A stretch of 64,000 nucleotides of DNA from Phycisphaerales bacterium (GCA_040221175.1 JAVJVK010000004.1:416268-480267); one strand, 5' to 3'. Shown: positions 33,041-42,603, counted from the stretch's first letter. Program-made: numbers and translations. The notes: generated by a model from the sequence alone, not told the origin.

Positions 33041-34564
33041 ATGAGCCGGATCAACACGAACGTGCAGTCGCTTCTTGCCCAGCGTGTGCTTGGCATGAAC
33101 AACAAGAACCTGAACCAGTCGCTGGAGCGACTGTCCACCGGTACCCGCATCAACAGGGGTAAGGATGACCCCGCGGGCTTGATCGCTTCTGAAAACCTCC
33201 GCGCCGAAGCCACCGCGCTGACCGCCGCCATCGGCAACGCCGAGCGCGCCGATCAGGTGGTCAACATCGCCGAGGGTGGTCTTCAGGAGGTTTCCAACCT
33301 GCTCAACGAGCTCCAGGGCCTGTTGACCACCACGGCCAACCAGGCCGGCCTGGGCGAGCAGGAGAAGCTGGCCAACCAGCAGCAGGTCGATTCGATCCTG
33401 CAGACCATCGACCGCATCGCCTCGGCCACCAGCTTCCAGGGCACCAAGCTGCTCAACGGCAGCTTCGACTACCGCGCCCAGAACGTCGCCAGCGAGGTGA
33501 CCGACTTCAAGATCAACGGCGCCAAGTTCGAGAGCGCCACCCTGGATATCGACGCCCTGGTCACCCAGTCGGCCCAGCAGGCCGGCTTCTTCCTGTCGAC
33601 CACCGGCAGCCTCGATCTCAACGGCAGCGGCGACGACTTCCGCATCGAGATCGGCGGCCGCCTGGGCAGCCGCGAGTTCAGCTTCAGCTCGGGCGTGGCC
33701 AACGCCGACATCGCCGCGGCCATCAACAACTTCAGCGAGGTGACCGGCGTCACGGCCACCGTGTCGGGCACCGGCATCCTGCTGAGCAGCGACGAATTCG
33801 GCGACGACGAGTTCGTCTCGGTCAAGGTCCTCGACGATGCCAGCATCCAGGGCACCGGCGTGGGCATCTACGATCTCGAGGATGAGGACTTCGGCACCGC
33901 CGATACCACCATCCGCAGCACCTTCGCCAACGCGACCAACGAGGTTCGCGATCTGGGCCAGGACATCGCCGGCACGATCAACGGCATTCGCGCCGTGGCC
34001 GACGGCAAGAACCTGCGCATCAACACCGACTTCCTCGACGTCGAGCTGACGCTCGATACCACCTCCTCGCAGACGCTGGGGGCCGTTGAGGCAAGCTCGG
34101 GCGAGCCCACGCTCCAGATCACCGGTGGTGGCGCCGACTTCCAGCTCGCTGGACAAGTCGACGTGGCCGGCAAGGTGAGCCTGGGCATCTCGAACGTCGC
34201 CGTTCGGAACCTGGGCAACTCGACCGATGGCTTCTTGGGCGATCTGGCCTCGGGCAAGTCGCTCAACCTGGCCGAGGGCGACGACCTGTCGGGCGCCCAG
34301 AAGGTCGTGGAGCAGGCCATCGAGCAGGTCTCGACCCTGCGTGGCCGCCTCGGCGCGTTCCAGAAGAACACCGTCGGTGCGACCATCCGCAGCCTGTCGA
34401 TCTCGCTGGAGAACACCCGTGCGGCCGAGTCGGTCATCCGTGATACCGACTTTGCAACCGAGACGGCCCAGCTGACTCGCAGCCAGATCCTGGTCTCGTC
34501 GACCACCAACATCCTCTCGCTGGCCAACAGCCAGCCGCAGTCGGTCCTCCAGCTGCTGGGCTAA
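33041..34564 (+). CDS. fliC: Flagellin (507 aa), paralogue of the upstream gene
   Basis: From ATG 33041: 'MSRINTNVQSLLAQRVLGMNNKNLNQSLERLSTGTRINRGKDDPAGLIASENLR'. C-terminal 'IRDTDFATETAQLTRSQILVSSTTNILSLANSQPQSVLQLLG'. The 27 upstream codons of the track ORF are leader sequence. Confidence 0.88.
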   Translation: MSRINTNVQSLLAQRVLGMNNKNLNQSLERLSTGTRINRGKDDPAGLIASENLRAEATALTAAIGNAERADQVVNIAEGGLQEVSNLLNELQGLLTTTANQAGLGEQEKLANQQQVDSILQTIDRIASATSFQGTKLLNGSFDYRAQNVASEVTDFKINGAKFESATLDIDALVTQSAQQAGFFLSTTGSLDLNGSGDDFRIEIGGRLGSREFSFSSGVANADIAAAINNFSEVTGVTATVSGTGILLSSDEFGDDEFVSVKVLDDASIQGTGVGIYDLEDEDFGTADTTIRSTFANATNEVRDLGQDIAGTINGIRAVADGKNLRINTDFLDVELTLDTTSSQTLGAVEASSGEPTLQITGGGADFQLAGQVDVAGKVSLGISNVAVRNLGNSTDGFLGDLASGKSLNLAEGDDLSGAQKVVEQAIEQVSTLRGRLGAFQKNTVGATIRSLSISLENTRAAESVIRDTDFATETAQLTRSQILVSSTTNILSLANSQPQSVLQLLG

Positions 34565-34601
34565 GCCCGGTAGGCTTGACCGCCTGAATCACGCACCTTT
34601 G

Positions 34602-34634
34602 AAGGCCCGTCCCGATCTCGGGGCGGGCCTTTTG
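34602..34634 (+). terminator. Intrinsic terminator closing the flagellar cluster
   Basis: AAGGCCCGTCCCG (34602-34614) pairs with CGGGGCGGGCCTT (34619-34631) around the loop ATCT. The stem is 13 bp with one G-U pair and runs into a TTTT tract. Confidence 0.65.
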
Positions 34635-34668
34635 CCATGGGCCTACCCGGCCTGCCGATAGGAAGGGC

Positions 34669-35628
34669 GTGGCCGAGAACCCGCTGGACATTCCGGGCAT
34701 GGATGAGTTGCCTTCGGGCTATCAGGAGGCCCTCCGCGGCTTCCTGGCGTTCCTGCGCATCGAGTGCGGCCTGAGCCACAACACGCGGCTGGCCTACGCG
34801 AGAGACCTCCGTGACTTGGCCGGCGACCTGGTCGAGCACGGCATCGCTGATCCTGCCCAGATCCACCCCCGTGCGCTAGCCGACCACCTGGGTCGCTTGT
34901 CCAGCCAGAACGGCCTGAAGGCGCCGAGCCTGGCGCGTCATCTTGCAAGCATCCGAGCCTGGTGCCGATGGCTGTACGCTCGCGGCCTGATCGCCGAGGA
35001 CCCTACCGAGCCGCTGCTGCGACCTGCCCGCTGGCGCCGGCTGCCCAAGACCCTCTCACCCAGCCAGGTGACCACGCTCGTGGAGGCGCCCCACCCGCCC
35101 GAGCACGGCAAGGGCCCGCCGTTGTGGTTGCGGGATCGTGCCATGCTCGAGCTCATGTACGCGTGCGGCGTGCGCGCGACCGAGCTGTGCGAACTGGCCG
35201 ACGACGATCCCGTGCGAGACGTGGCCATCCTCCGGGTTCGGGGCAAGGGCGATAAGGAACGCGTCGTGCCGATGGGCATGCCGGCCGTCCACTGGATCGC
35301 CCGATACCGCCAGGAATGCAGGCCAAGGCTCGTCGAACGAGGCGCCCCCCACCGCGGCAGGCTCTTTCTATCTCGGACCGGAAGGCCACTGGAACGCACG
35401 GCCGTGTGGGTCATCGTGAACCGCTGGGCCAAGCGGGTGGGGCTCGCCGGCATCCACCCCCACATGCTCCGGCACAGCTTCGCGACGCACCTGATGACGG
35501 GCGGCGCCGATCTCCGCGTGGTGCAGGAGATGCTGGGCCATGCCAGCATTGCGACGACGGAGATCTACACGCACCTGGATGCCGATCGCCTCCAGGAGGT
35601 GGTCAGCAAGCACCTGCCGTTGGGTTAG
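34669..35628 (+). CDS. xerD: Site-specific tyrosine recombinase XerD
   Basis: '[26 protein letters not shown]', '[22 protein letters not shown]', '[12 protein letters not shown]', '[41 protein letters not shown]' (the R..HxxR..Y catalytic set). GTG start. Confidence 0.78.
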   Translation: MAENPLDIPGMDELPSGYQEALRGFLAFLRIECGLSHNTRLAYARDLRDLAGDLVEHGIADPAQIHPRALADHLGRLSSQNGLKAPSLARHLASIRAWCRWLYARGLIAEDPTEPLLRPARWRRLPKTLSPSQVTTLVEAPHPPEHGKGPPLWLRDRAMLELMYACGVRATELCELADDDPVRDVAILRVRGKGDKERVVPMGMPAVHWIARYRQECRPRLVERGAPHRGRLFLSRTGRPLERTAVWVIVNRWAKRVGLAGIHPHMLRHSFATHLMTGGADLRVVQEMLGHASIATTEIYTHLDADRLQEVVSKHLPLG

Positions 35629-35637
35629 GCTTCGCGG

Positions 35638-36540
35638 CTACATGGGACGGCGAAGCGGGTTGCCGGGCCGGGCGTCGCCCATGCCTCGATCCCGGTCTGA
35701 TACCCACGAACGCGACTTGGGTCGATCGGCCTCTGTGGAGCCATCGTCGCCCATGGGCCGGTCGACCACGCCCACGGTGCGTTGCCCGTGGTTGCTGCCG
35801 ATGCCCGTGGAGCGAATCGTCTCGAGTTCCTTGTCGAGTTTGCGGTCCAATTCGCTAACGGATCGCACGATCACCCCAGCCTCCACGCCTTCGCGGAAGC
35901 ACAGGAGCGTGTAGCCGGCCAGCACCGCCGCGATCAGCGGGAGGGCGACGTGCGAGGCCAGCAGCGCCACGGTGTCGAGCCGCTGGCTGCCTTCGCTTGC
36001 GGCCAACATTGTCTGATAACTGACGAACGTGCCGTTCAATGGCAGGCCGGGCAAGTTCACGATCAACGGTAACGACGAGAAGCCCAGCACGGTGGCCCAG
36101 GTGCTGGCTCTGACGGTCTGCTCCACGCCTGGCACGCTGCCGCCGCCAGCCACGACCGTTCCCAGTCCGACGGCCACCCAGAGCGTGGCGGCGGAGATGA
36201 GGCCGATGGAGGCCGAGGCATCCGTGAAGGTTCGCAGCGTGCCGTCCCAGCGACTGAGAACCTTCTCGGGCTCGGTCTGCACCTGTCGGGCGCCGCGGCT
36301 GGCGCGGCCGGCCCTCGTGCTGCGGGCTTCTGCGGTTCCCGGTTCTGCAGTCACCACGGTGAGTTGCTGCGCCGTGGGCGGAGTTTCGAGCACGGTCCAG
36401 CGAACGTCCGTGAAGTGGACGAAGCCGAACGAGAGCATCTGGAGCACGGCGGCCAGGATGACGGCCATCGCCGACCAGGTCACGGTCGTTCGAAGCTGCA
36501 CCAGGGCCCCCGAGACGTGGGGACGGGGGGAGTAAGGCAT
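35638..36540 (-). CDS. Hypothetical polytopic membrane protein
   Basis: In-frame ATG 36540, preceded by GGAGGA 7 nt upstream. Several TM segments (WSAMAVILAAVLQMLSFGFV, IGLISAATLWVAVGLGTVVAGG, TVLGFSSLPLIVNL, VALPLIAAVLAGYTLLCF). The first 76 codons of the track ORF 35638..36768 cross the divergent promoter region. Confidence 0.5.
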   Translation of the reverse strand: MPYSPRPHVSGALVQLRTTVTWSAMAVILAAVLQMLSFGFVHFTDVRWTVLETPPTAQQLTVVTAEPGTAEARSTRAGRASRGARQVQTEPEKVLSRWDGTLRTFTDASASIGLISAATLWVAVGLGTVVAGGGSVPGVEQTVRASTWATVLGFSSLPLIVNLPGLPLNGTFVSYQTMLAASEGSQRLDTVALLASHVALPLIAAVLAGYTLLCFREGVEAGVIVRSVSELDRKLDKELETIRSTGIGSNHGQRTVGVVDRPMGDDGSTEADRPKSRSWVSDRDRGMGDARPGNPLRRPM

Positions 36541-36802
36541 TGGCTCGATCCTCCAGCGACGCGCGCGGCGCCGCTCAATGGGGTATCGATTCAAAGCCGG
36601 CGGCATCCCAGGGACTCCCGGCTGTGGCAGCCTCAAACCTGCCTGCGCCGCCGCTACCGTCGTCGTCAACGGCAATTGCGGTGCAGATTCCGGGAAGATC
36701 GGACCCGGGGTGTGAGTTTCAAATATTTCTGAAAGTATGCTGTACCGACGGGCTCCTGGCGTCAACAATGCCAGCGAGAAGCCTCACCCTTTCGGAGGAC
36801 CC

Positions 36803-38248
36803 ATGGCCTCGATCTACGCACCGCCTCCCCAACACGATCATTTGCCGGCCGACGATCGTGGGCTGCTCGATGCCGTCGTGCACGGCCGGGCCCGCCTGAC
36901 GCCGCAGCAAGCGCTCTCGATCCTCGAGACGATGCCGCTGGCCGAGTTGGGCCGCTGGGCGGACGCGCGGTGCCGGCAGGTGCATGGCGACACGTATCGG
37001 ACGTACGTGATCGACCGCAACATCAACTACACGAACGTGTGCAGCGCCAAGTGTATCTTCTGCGCCTTCCGGCGGGACGCCGAGGACCACGACTCGTACA
37101 CCCTCGAGTACGAGGACATCTACGAGAAGATCGCCGAATTGAGCGATATCGGCGGCACGCAGATCCTGATGCAGGGCGGCATGAACCCGGCTCTGCCGCT
37201 GGACTGGTACCTGGGACTCCTCAACGGGATCAAGGAACGCTTCCCGCACATCCACATCCACGCGTTCAGCCCGCCGGAGTTCATCGAGTTCGTGCACTTC
37301 TTCAACCCGCCCGGCTCGACGCTGGAAGACAAGATCCGCTGGGTCATGGTGCGCTTGCGCGAGGCCGGGCTGGACAGCCTGCCCGGCGGCGGCGGCGAGA
37401 TCTTCGCGCCGGCGGTTCGCCGCAAGATCGGCTTGGGCAAGTGCGACGCCGAGGCGTGGCTGACGTGCATGTACGTGGCCCACACGCTGGGCATGTTCAC
37501 CAGCGCCACGATGATGTTCGGCCACATCGAGGGGCTGGCCGACCGCGTGCACCACATGCGGCTTGTCCGCGAGTGGCAGGATCGGGCGCTGCTCGAGGGC
37601 GGGGCTCGCGATCCGATGGACGCCGGCCCGGGCGAGCCCATCGCCACGCCCAGCTTCGGGCACTACAAGGCGTTCATCAGTTGGCCCTTCCAGCGCGAGA
37701 ATACGGCGCTGGGCCGCCTGCGCGAATGGGGCCAGGGCGAGGACGATGAGGGCGAATTTCCTGGCGATATCGTCGCGCAGCTCGACGGCAGCGGCACGAA
37801 GGACATGCACCCCGACTTCGGGCGACGCCTGCGGCTGGCGGGCGCGACGCAGTATCTGCGCACCCAGGCACTCAGCCGGCTCATGCTCGACAACATCTAC
37901 TCGATCGGAAGCAGTTGGGTGACCATGGGCCCGCACGTCGGGCAGGTCGGCCTGAAGTTCGGCGCCAACGACATGGGCAGCGTGATGATGGAAGAAAACG
38001 TGGTGTCGTCTGCCGGCACGACGTATTGCCTGAATGAGCCCGTGCTGTGCCGACTGATCCGCGACGCGGGTTATGTCCCGTCGCAGCGCGACAACACCTA
38101 CGACGTCATCCGCACGCACGATGGTCCGGACAGCCCCGACCTGCAGGTGACCGACTGGAGCGAGCACCGCGCCCGCAAGCTGCACACGCAGGCGCCCGCC
38201 GAGGCGTCATCGGCCACGCTCACGGTTAGCGCCGGCTCAACCGACTGA
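36803..38248 (+). CDS. Radical-SAM enzyme of the futalosine menaquinone pathway (MqnC/MqnE family)
   Basis: ATG 36803, preceded by GGAGGA. 'IDRNINYTNVCSAKCIFCAFRRD' (CxxxCxxC radical-SAM cluster), 'GGTQILMQGGMNP', 'HIHAFSPPEF', 'GLDSLPGGGGEIF' and 'KAFISWPFQRENTAL'. I cannot tell MqnC from MqnE by eye. Confidence 0.72.
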   Translation: MASIYAPPPQHDHLPADDRGLLDAVVHGRARLTPQQALSILETMPLAELGRWADARCRQVHGDTYRTYVIDRNINYTNVCSAKCIFCAFRRDAEDHDSYTLEYEDIYEKIAELSDIGGTQILMQGGMNPALPLDWYLGLLNGIKERFPHIHIHAFSPPEFIEFVHFFNPPGSTLEDKIRWVMVRLREAGLDSLPGGGGEIFAPAVRRKIGLGKCDAEAWLTCMYVAHTLGMFTSATMMFGHIEGLADRVHHMRLVREWQDRALLEGGARDPMDAGPGEPIATPSFGHYKAFISWPFQRENTALGRLREWGQGEDDEGEFPGDIVAQLDGSGTKDMHPDFGRRLRLAGATQYLRTQALSRLMLDNIYSIGSSWVTMGPHVGQVGLKFGANDMGSVMMEENVVSSAGTTYCLNEPVLCRLIRDAGYVPSQRDNTYDVIRTHDGPDSPDLQVTDWSEHRARKLHTQAPAEASSATLTVSAGSTD

Positions 38249-38593
38249 GTCGTCCGGCTCTCTCGCTTGGTAGGTCGTGAACTTCTGCTCGATGAAGCCA
38301 TCGCGCTGCTCCGGCGGGTGCGCGATGTTGACCCTGCGAGCCTCGTCCGGCTTCAGGTACAACTCGGACATGCGACGCTCGACCGAGTCGACGATGGCCT
38401 GTCGCTCGTGCTCGGGCGCGAGCATGAGGCACGCTAGCCAGCGCCGGCCGAGTTCGGCCCCCGCGGGCCGCAGCAGTTCAACGAGCATCTGGACGTGGTC
38501 GCTCGGCGAGAGCGTCGGCGACGGACTCGGCCCGCGATTGGGCGTCGCCTTCTCGTCCTTGCTGCTGGGCTTCGGCTGGGCTGCCATGATCAC
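38237..38593 (-). CDS. Hypothetical small protein (start uncertain)
   Basis: 118-aa ORF, last gene of the recG string. Its first 35 codons overlap the 3' end of the HTH gene in another frame. The Met at 38488 would reduce the overlap to 11 nt. No motif recognised. Confidence 0.4.
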   Translation of the reverse strand: MIMAAQPKPSSKDEKATPNRGPSPSPTLSPSDHVQMLVELLRPAGAELGRRWLACLMLAPEHERQAIVDSVERRMSELYLKPDEARRVNIAHPPEQRDGFIEQKFTTYQAREPDDSVG

Positions 38594-39026
38594 CCTCTGA
38601 CGGCTTGGGCTCGACCTCTACGGACGATGATGTTTGCGGCGAAGCACCCTGGCGGACCATCGTCTCGAGCACCTGAGTGTAGCGTTCCAGCCGTTCCATC
38701 CGTGATTCGAGCCGCTCGATGGCCAGCGCCACGTGCGTGAGCAGGTCGGTGGCGTTGGCCTCGCGCAGCACGTGCGGCTTGATCTGGGCCTGTCGCATGG
38801 GCCCGCGGCCGGTCAGCACCCAGTTGATGTTGAGCCCGAGCGAGTCGGAGAGCCGTGAGACGAAGTCCACGCTCGGCGCGTGCCCGCTCAGGTACCGCCG
38901 AACCGTTTCAGGGTGGGTATTGGTCATCTGGCCGATGCGGCGGAACGTCCGATCACCAACCGCCGCCTGCAGCCGAGCGTGCAACCGTTCGTGCCCGTTG
39001 TTTGGCTCGCCCCCGCGATCGTTCAC
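38478..39026 (-). CDS. Helix-turn-helix (Cro/C1-like) DNA-binding protein with a coiled-coil segment
   Basis: 'TFRRIGQMTNTHPETVRRYLSGHAPSVDFVSRLSDSLGLNINWVLTGRGPM' is a phage-repressor-type HTH ending in the typical 'WLLTG'-like turn. It is followed by 'LAIERLESRMERLERYTQVLETMV'. The start lies 18 nt after the recG stop. Confidence 0.6.
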   Translation of the reverse strand: MNDRGGEPNNGHERLHARLQAAVGDRTFRRIGQMTNTHPETVRRYLSGHAPSVDFVSRLSDSLGLNINWVLTGRGPMRQAQIKPHVLREANATDLLTHVALAIERLESRMERLERYTQVLETMVRQGASPQTSSSVEVEPKPSEGDHGSPAEAQQQGREGDAQSRAESVADALAERPRPDAR

Positions 39027-39044
39027 GCGGGTATTGTGCCCCGG

Positions 39045-41201
39045 TCACCCCACGTCGGCAAGCCCGAGCCATTCGCCCACGGTCCGCAGCACGCGCCGCT
39101 TAAGCACCGCGTCCTCAGCGTTCCCCAGTTTGGGGGATAGAGCGACCCACGCTTGCGCATCGCGGCGGGCCAGTTCGAGCAGCTCTGCGTCGCGCACCAG
39201 GTCGGCCACCCGCAAGGGCAAGGCGCCCGATTGCCGCGAGCCGAACATCTCGCCCGGACCGCGCAGGGCGAAGTCGACCTCGGCAAGCTTGAAGCCGTCG
39301 CTGGTGCTCGCGATGGCCTTCATGCGGCGCGTACCCACGTCGGTCGTGGGCTCGGCCACCAGCAGGCACTCGGCGCGCAGGCCCTCTGGAATACCGCCGC
39401 GCCCGACTCGGCCGCGAAGCTGATGGAGTTGGGCAAGGCCGAATCGATCGGCTTGTTCGATGACCATGCATGTGGCACCCGGCACGTCAACGCCGACCTC
39501 AACGATCGTGGTGGCGACCAATACCTGAATCTCGCCGCTACGGAAGCGCTCCATGACCGCCTCACGCGCAGCGGTGGGCATCTTGCCGTGCAGCAAGCCG
39601 AGGCGCAGACCCGCCAGCGGCCCGGCTTCGAGTTCCTTGATGAGGTCGAGCACGCCGACGACCGGTTCCTTGCTGGCGTCCGTCTCGCTCTGGCCGCCCA
39701 ATTCGAGCTGTTGGGTGCTGTCGCCGATTGCGGGCGCGACCACGAAACCCAGCCCACCCTTACCGACGTGCTCGCGCAGCCGCTCGTACGCCCACGCACG
39801 CGTCGGGCCGGGGATGTGCTCGGTGTGCACGGGCTTGCGGCCCGGGGGCATGTCGCCGATGGTGGTGACGTCCAGGTCGCCCAGCACGCTGATGGCCAGC
39901 GTGCGTGGGATGGGCGTGGCGGTCATGACCAGCGTGTGGGGAATCGTCTTGCCGGCCTTCTCTCGCAGGGCGGCACGCTGGTGCACGCCGAAGCGGTGCT
40001 GCTCGTCGATGATGGCAAGTGCAAGACTCTTGAACTTCACGACATCTGTCAGCAACGCGTGCGTGCCCACGACGATGTCGGTGTGCCCCATGGCGAGGTC
40101 GGCCAGCACACGTTGTCGCTCGGCAGCGTTGAGGGCGCCAGTGAGCATCGAGATTCGTACGTCCGCGTTCTTCAACATGGCGCGCAGCGATCGCTCGTGC
40201 TGCTCAGCCAGGATCTCGGTGGGCGCCATGAGCGCCGCCTGGTGACCGGTCGCAACCGCCATGAGCATCGCGTACGCGGCCACCATTGTCTTGCCCGAGC
40301 CGACGTCGCCCTGGATGAGCCGGTTGGCCGGCGTGGTCTGGCCCAGGTCGCCGGCGAGTTCGTGCATCGCGGCGAGTTGGCCTGGCGTGGGCGTGTAGGG
40401 CAGCCGCGACAGGATGCGGTCGTGCAGCGCCGCGTCTGTTCGGAGCGCGATTGCCCGGCCCTCCTGGCGGAGTTCGGCCCGCCGCAATTGCACGCCCAGT
40501 TGCAGCATGAGCAGCTCGTCGTAGGCGAGGCGACGCCGCGAAACGGCGACCTCGTCCTCGTCCGCAGGCGTGTGCTGCATGCGATACGCCTCGCGAAGCT
40601 CCGGCAGGGCGTGGTGGTCGCGGAACTCCTCGGTCAGGTGGTCGTCGATCAACGGCAGCGCCGCGGGGAGCGCACTCGCAATGGCGGCGGCGATGGCGGG
40701 GCTCTTCAGACCCTCGCCGGCCGGGTATACGGGCACGAGGCGGCGGTCGAGTTCGCCGGTGGCCTCGGCGGCCGCTTCTTCGGACTCGGGCAGCACGTCG
40801 AAGGCGGGGTTGGCCATCTGCGGGTGGTGGTTGTAGAGGGCAACCTTGCCCTGCACACGCAACCGCACGCCGGGCTGGATCTGCTTGCGAAGATACCCGC
40901 CGTTGAACCAGACAAGGTCGATCGATCCGCTGTCGTCGGTGAGCTTGGCCTGAAGCCGCTGCTTGGGAAACCGGCCGGCCATCCGCGTGGAGGTGATCTC
41001 CCCCACCGCCGAGCCCTGCTCGCCCTCCGCGAGTTCGCCGATAGGCCGCGTAGGTTCGTGCCATTCGTGCCGGGCAGGCAGGTGGGCGACCAGCTTGCCG
41101 ATGTTGGTCAGCCCGAGCGCAGCCAGTTGCCTGGCCCGGCGGGGGCCCACGCCGGGCAGCTCGATGAGCGGGCTGGTCAGGCTCAGAGTCTGCTCGGTCA
41201 T
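39045..41201 (-). CDS. recG: ATP-dependent DNA helicase RecG
   Basis: Wedge/OB region, then helicase motifs 'LIQGDVGSGKT', 'LAIIDEQHRFGV', 'LVMTATPIPRTLA' and 'QLHQLRGRVGRG'. I chose the start at ATG 41201 (MTEQTLSL...), which overlaps the upstream gene's stop as ATGA. Confidence 0.9.
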   Translation of the reverse strand: MTEQTLSLTSPLIELPGVGPRRARQLAALGLTNIGKLVAHLPARHEWHEPTRPIGELAEGEQGSAVGEITSTRMAGRFPKQRLQAKLTDDSGSIDLVWFNGGYLRKQIQPGVRLRVQGKVALYNHHPQMANPAFDVLPESEEAAAEATGELDRRLVPVYPAGEGLKSPAIAAAIASALPAALPLIDDHLTEEFRDHHALPELREAYRMQHTPADEDEVAVSRRRLAYDELLMLQLGVQLRRAELRQEGRAIALRTDAALHDRILSRLPYTPTPGQLAAMHELAGDLGQTTPANRLIQGDVGSGKTMVAAYAMLMAVATGHQAALMAPTEILAEQHERSLRAMLKNADVRISMLTGALNAAERQRVLADLAMGHTDIVVGTHALLTDVVKFKSLALAIIDEQHRFGVHQRAALREKAGKTIPHTLVMTATPIPRTLAISVLGDLDVTTIGDMPPGRKPVHTEHIPGPTRAWAYERLREHVGKGGLGFVVAPAIGDSTQQLELGGQSETDASKEPVVGVLDLIKELEAGPLAGLRLGLLHGKMPTAAREAVMERFRSGEIQVLVATTIVEVGVDVPGATCMVIEQADRFGLAQLHQLRGRVGRGGIPEGLRAECLLVAEPTTDVGTRRMKAIASTSDGFKLAEVDFALRGPGEMFGSRQSGALPLRVADLVRDAELLELARRDAQAWVALSPKLGNAEDAVLKRRVLRTVGEWLGLADVG

Positions 41202-41542
41202 CCTGGAGCGTCTTCCTGCTCGCTCGCGGCCGGGTCGATCGAGCGGAGGTAGTCCCAACTGAAGATGCCGGTGCGGTGCCCGTCGGAGAACGTCACGCGG
41301 ATGGCGTACCTACCGACGAGCTGGGCGTCGACGGCGCGGAGCTCGGAGCTCGACCCGCTATCGGGCACGACCACGAGCGGATTGGACTGCATTTCATCGC
41401 GCAGTTGGCGCATGTCGGCCGAAGGAGACATGCGGCGCAGGTAGGCCAGCGGATAGAACGACTCGGCCCCGTCCTGCCAGCGTACCAAGAGGCCCTTCTC
41501 GCGATCGAGTTCCAGGCTGGTGGGGGCGGGTTCCTGGGTCAT
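41198..41542 (-). CDS. DUF971-like small protein
   Basis: Last 114 codons of track ORF 41198..42508, from ATG 41542: 'LELDREKGLLVRWQDGAESFYPLAYLRRMSPSA...LVGRYAIRVTFSDGHRTGIFSWDYL'. This is the pattern of the DUF971 (gamma-butyrobetaine-hydroxylase N-terminal-like) family. The rest of the track ORF is antisense to pyrF. Confidence 0.6.
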   Translation of the reverse strand: MTQEPAPTSLELDREKGLLVRWQDGAESFYPLAYLRRMSPSADMRQLRDEMQSNPLVVVPDSGSSSELRAVDAQLVGRYAIRVTFSDGHRTGIFSWDYLRSIDPAASEQEDAPG

Positions 41543-41596
41543 CGGGCTCGTCTCGGGCAGCCGCACGCAGCGTGTGGGCGCTCTATCGTCAAGGGC

Positions 41597-42478
41597 ATGC
41601 AAAACGATAGCGCCGCAACCGAGTTCGACCGCACGCTCCATCTCGCCCACGCCCGCTGCGGCGCTCCCCTTTGCGTCGGCATCGATCCGGTGCTGGAGCA
41701 GCTTCCCGCGCAATTCGCCGATGGCGAGCCCGCCTCGCGTTTCGAAGCGTTCTCCAAGGGCGTGGTCGAGGCCATTGCCCCCGCCGCCAGCGCGGTGAAG
41801 TTTCAGTCGGCCTGCTACGAGCGTTTGGGGGCGCCCGGCCTGATCGCACTGGAAGCAAGCATCCAGGCCGCTCGCGAGGCGGGGCTTGCGGTAATCCTGG
41901 ACGCCAAGCGCGGAGACATCGGCATCTCGGCACGTCACTACGCCGCCGCGGCGGCGGGCCTGGGCGCCCACGCGATCACGGTGAATGCCTATCTGGGCAT
42001 CGAGACCATCGAGCCCTACCTCGAGGCCGGCCTTGCCGTGTTCGTGCTGGTCAGGACGAGCAATCCGGGGTCGGCCGACGTGCAGGACGTGCCGTTGCGC
42101 TCCGGCGGCACCCTTGCCATGCACGTGGGCCAACTCGTGGCCGAACTCGGACGGTCGAGGCCAGGCGTTCACGCGGTCGTCGGGGCGACGCAGCACGCCC
42201 AATCGGCCGTGCTGCGGGCAGTGATGCCCGACCAGCTCTTCCTGTTGCCGGGGCTCGGGGCTCAGGGCGCGAGCGTCTCGGACCTTTGCGCTTTTGCGAA
42301 GCACCCGAGCCACACCGGCGAAGATCCGACGCGCGGGCTGCTGCCGACGGCCAGTCGATCGGTAATCTACCCGGCGCCGGGTCCGTCGTGGTTTGACGGC
42401 GTGGCCGCGGCTGCCGCCGAACTGAACGGCCACCTCCGTACCGCCATGGCCGTACCGGCCGGCGCTTCGGTTCAATAG
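41597..42478 (+). CDS. pyrF: Orotidine 5'-phosphate decarboxylase (long, type 2)
   Basis: From ATG 41597: 'PLCVGIDP', 'AVKFQSACYERLG', 'VILDAKRGDIGISARHYA', 'ITVNAYLG' and 'LLPGLGAQG'. Confidence 0.85.
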   Translation: MQNDSAATEFDRTLHLAHARCGAPLCVGIDPVLEQLPAQFADGEPASRFEAFSKGVVEAIAPAASAVKFQSACYERLGAPGLIALEASIQAAREAGLAVILDAKRGDIGISARHYAAAAAGLGAHAITVNAYLGIETIEPYLEAGLAVFVLVRTSNPGSADVQDVPLRSGGTLAMHVGQLVAELGRSRPGVHAVVGATQHAQSAVLRAVMPDQLFLLPGLGAQGASVSDLCAFAKHPSHTGEDPTRGLLPTASRSVIYPAPGPSWFDGVAAAAAELNGHLRTAMAVPAGASVQ

Positions 42479-42567
42479 AACGCGCACCTGCCGGGTTGTT
42501 CGCCACACAATGCGCGCAATGAAAAACCGACAAGCCCATGAGGCCTTGCCGGTGATGGGTCAGTTAT

Positions 42568-42590
42568 CTCGGTCGAGGGAGGCGACCGAG
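42568..42590. terminator. Perfect 8-bp hairpin between convergent genes (possible bidirectional terminator, no U-tract)
   Basis: CTCGGTCG-AGGGAGG-CGACCGAG, between the pyrF stop (42478) and the stop of the minus-strand gene at 42604. There is no flanking T-run on either strand. Confidence 0.3.
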
Positions 42591-42603
42591 GCGAATTCGA
42601 GCC

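Noticed and set aside
20451-35628. Genomic-island reading of tRNA-Thr ... flagellar genes ... tyrosine recombinase
   Set aside because: The tRNA 3' end points away from the flagellar cluster. I found no direct repeat of the tRNA 3' segment near 34.6-35.6 kb. The recombinase has full XerD hallmarks. GC content and codon style of the cluster match the surroundings.
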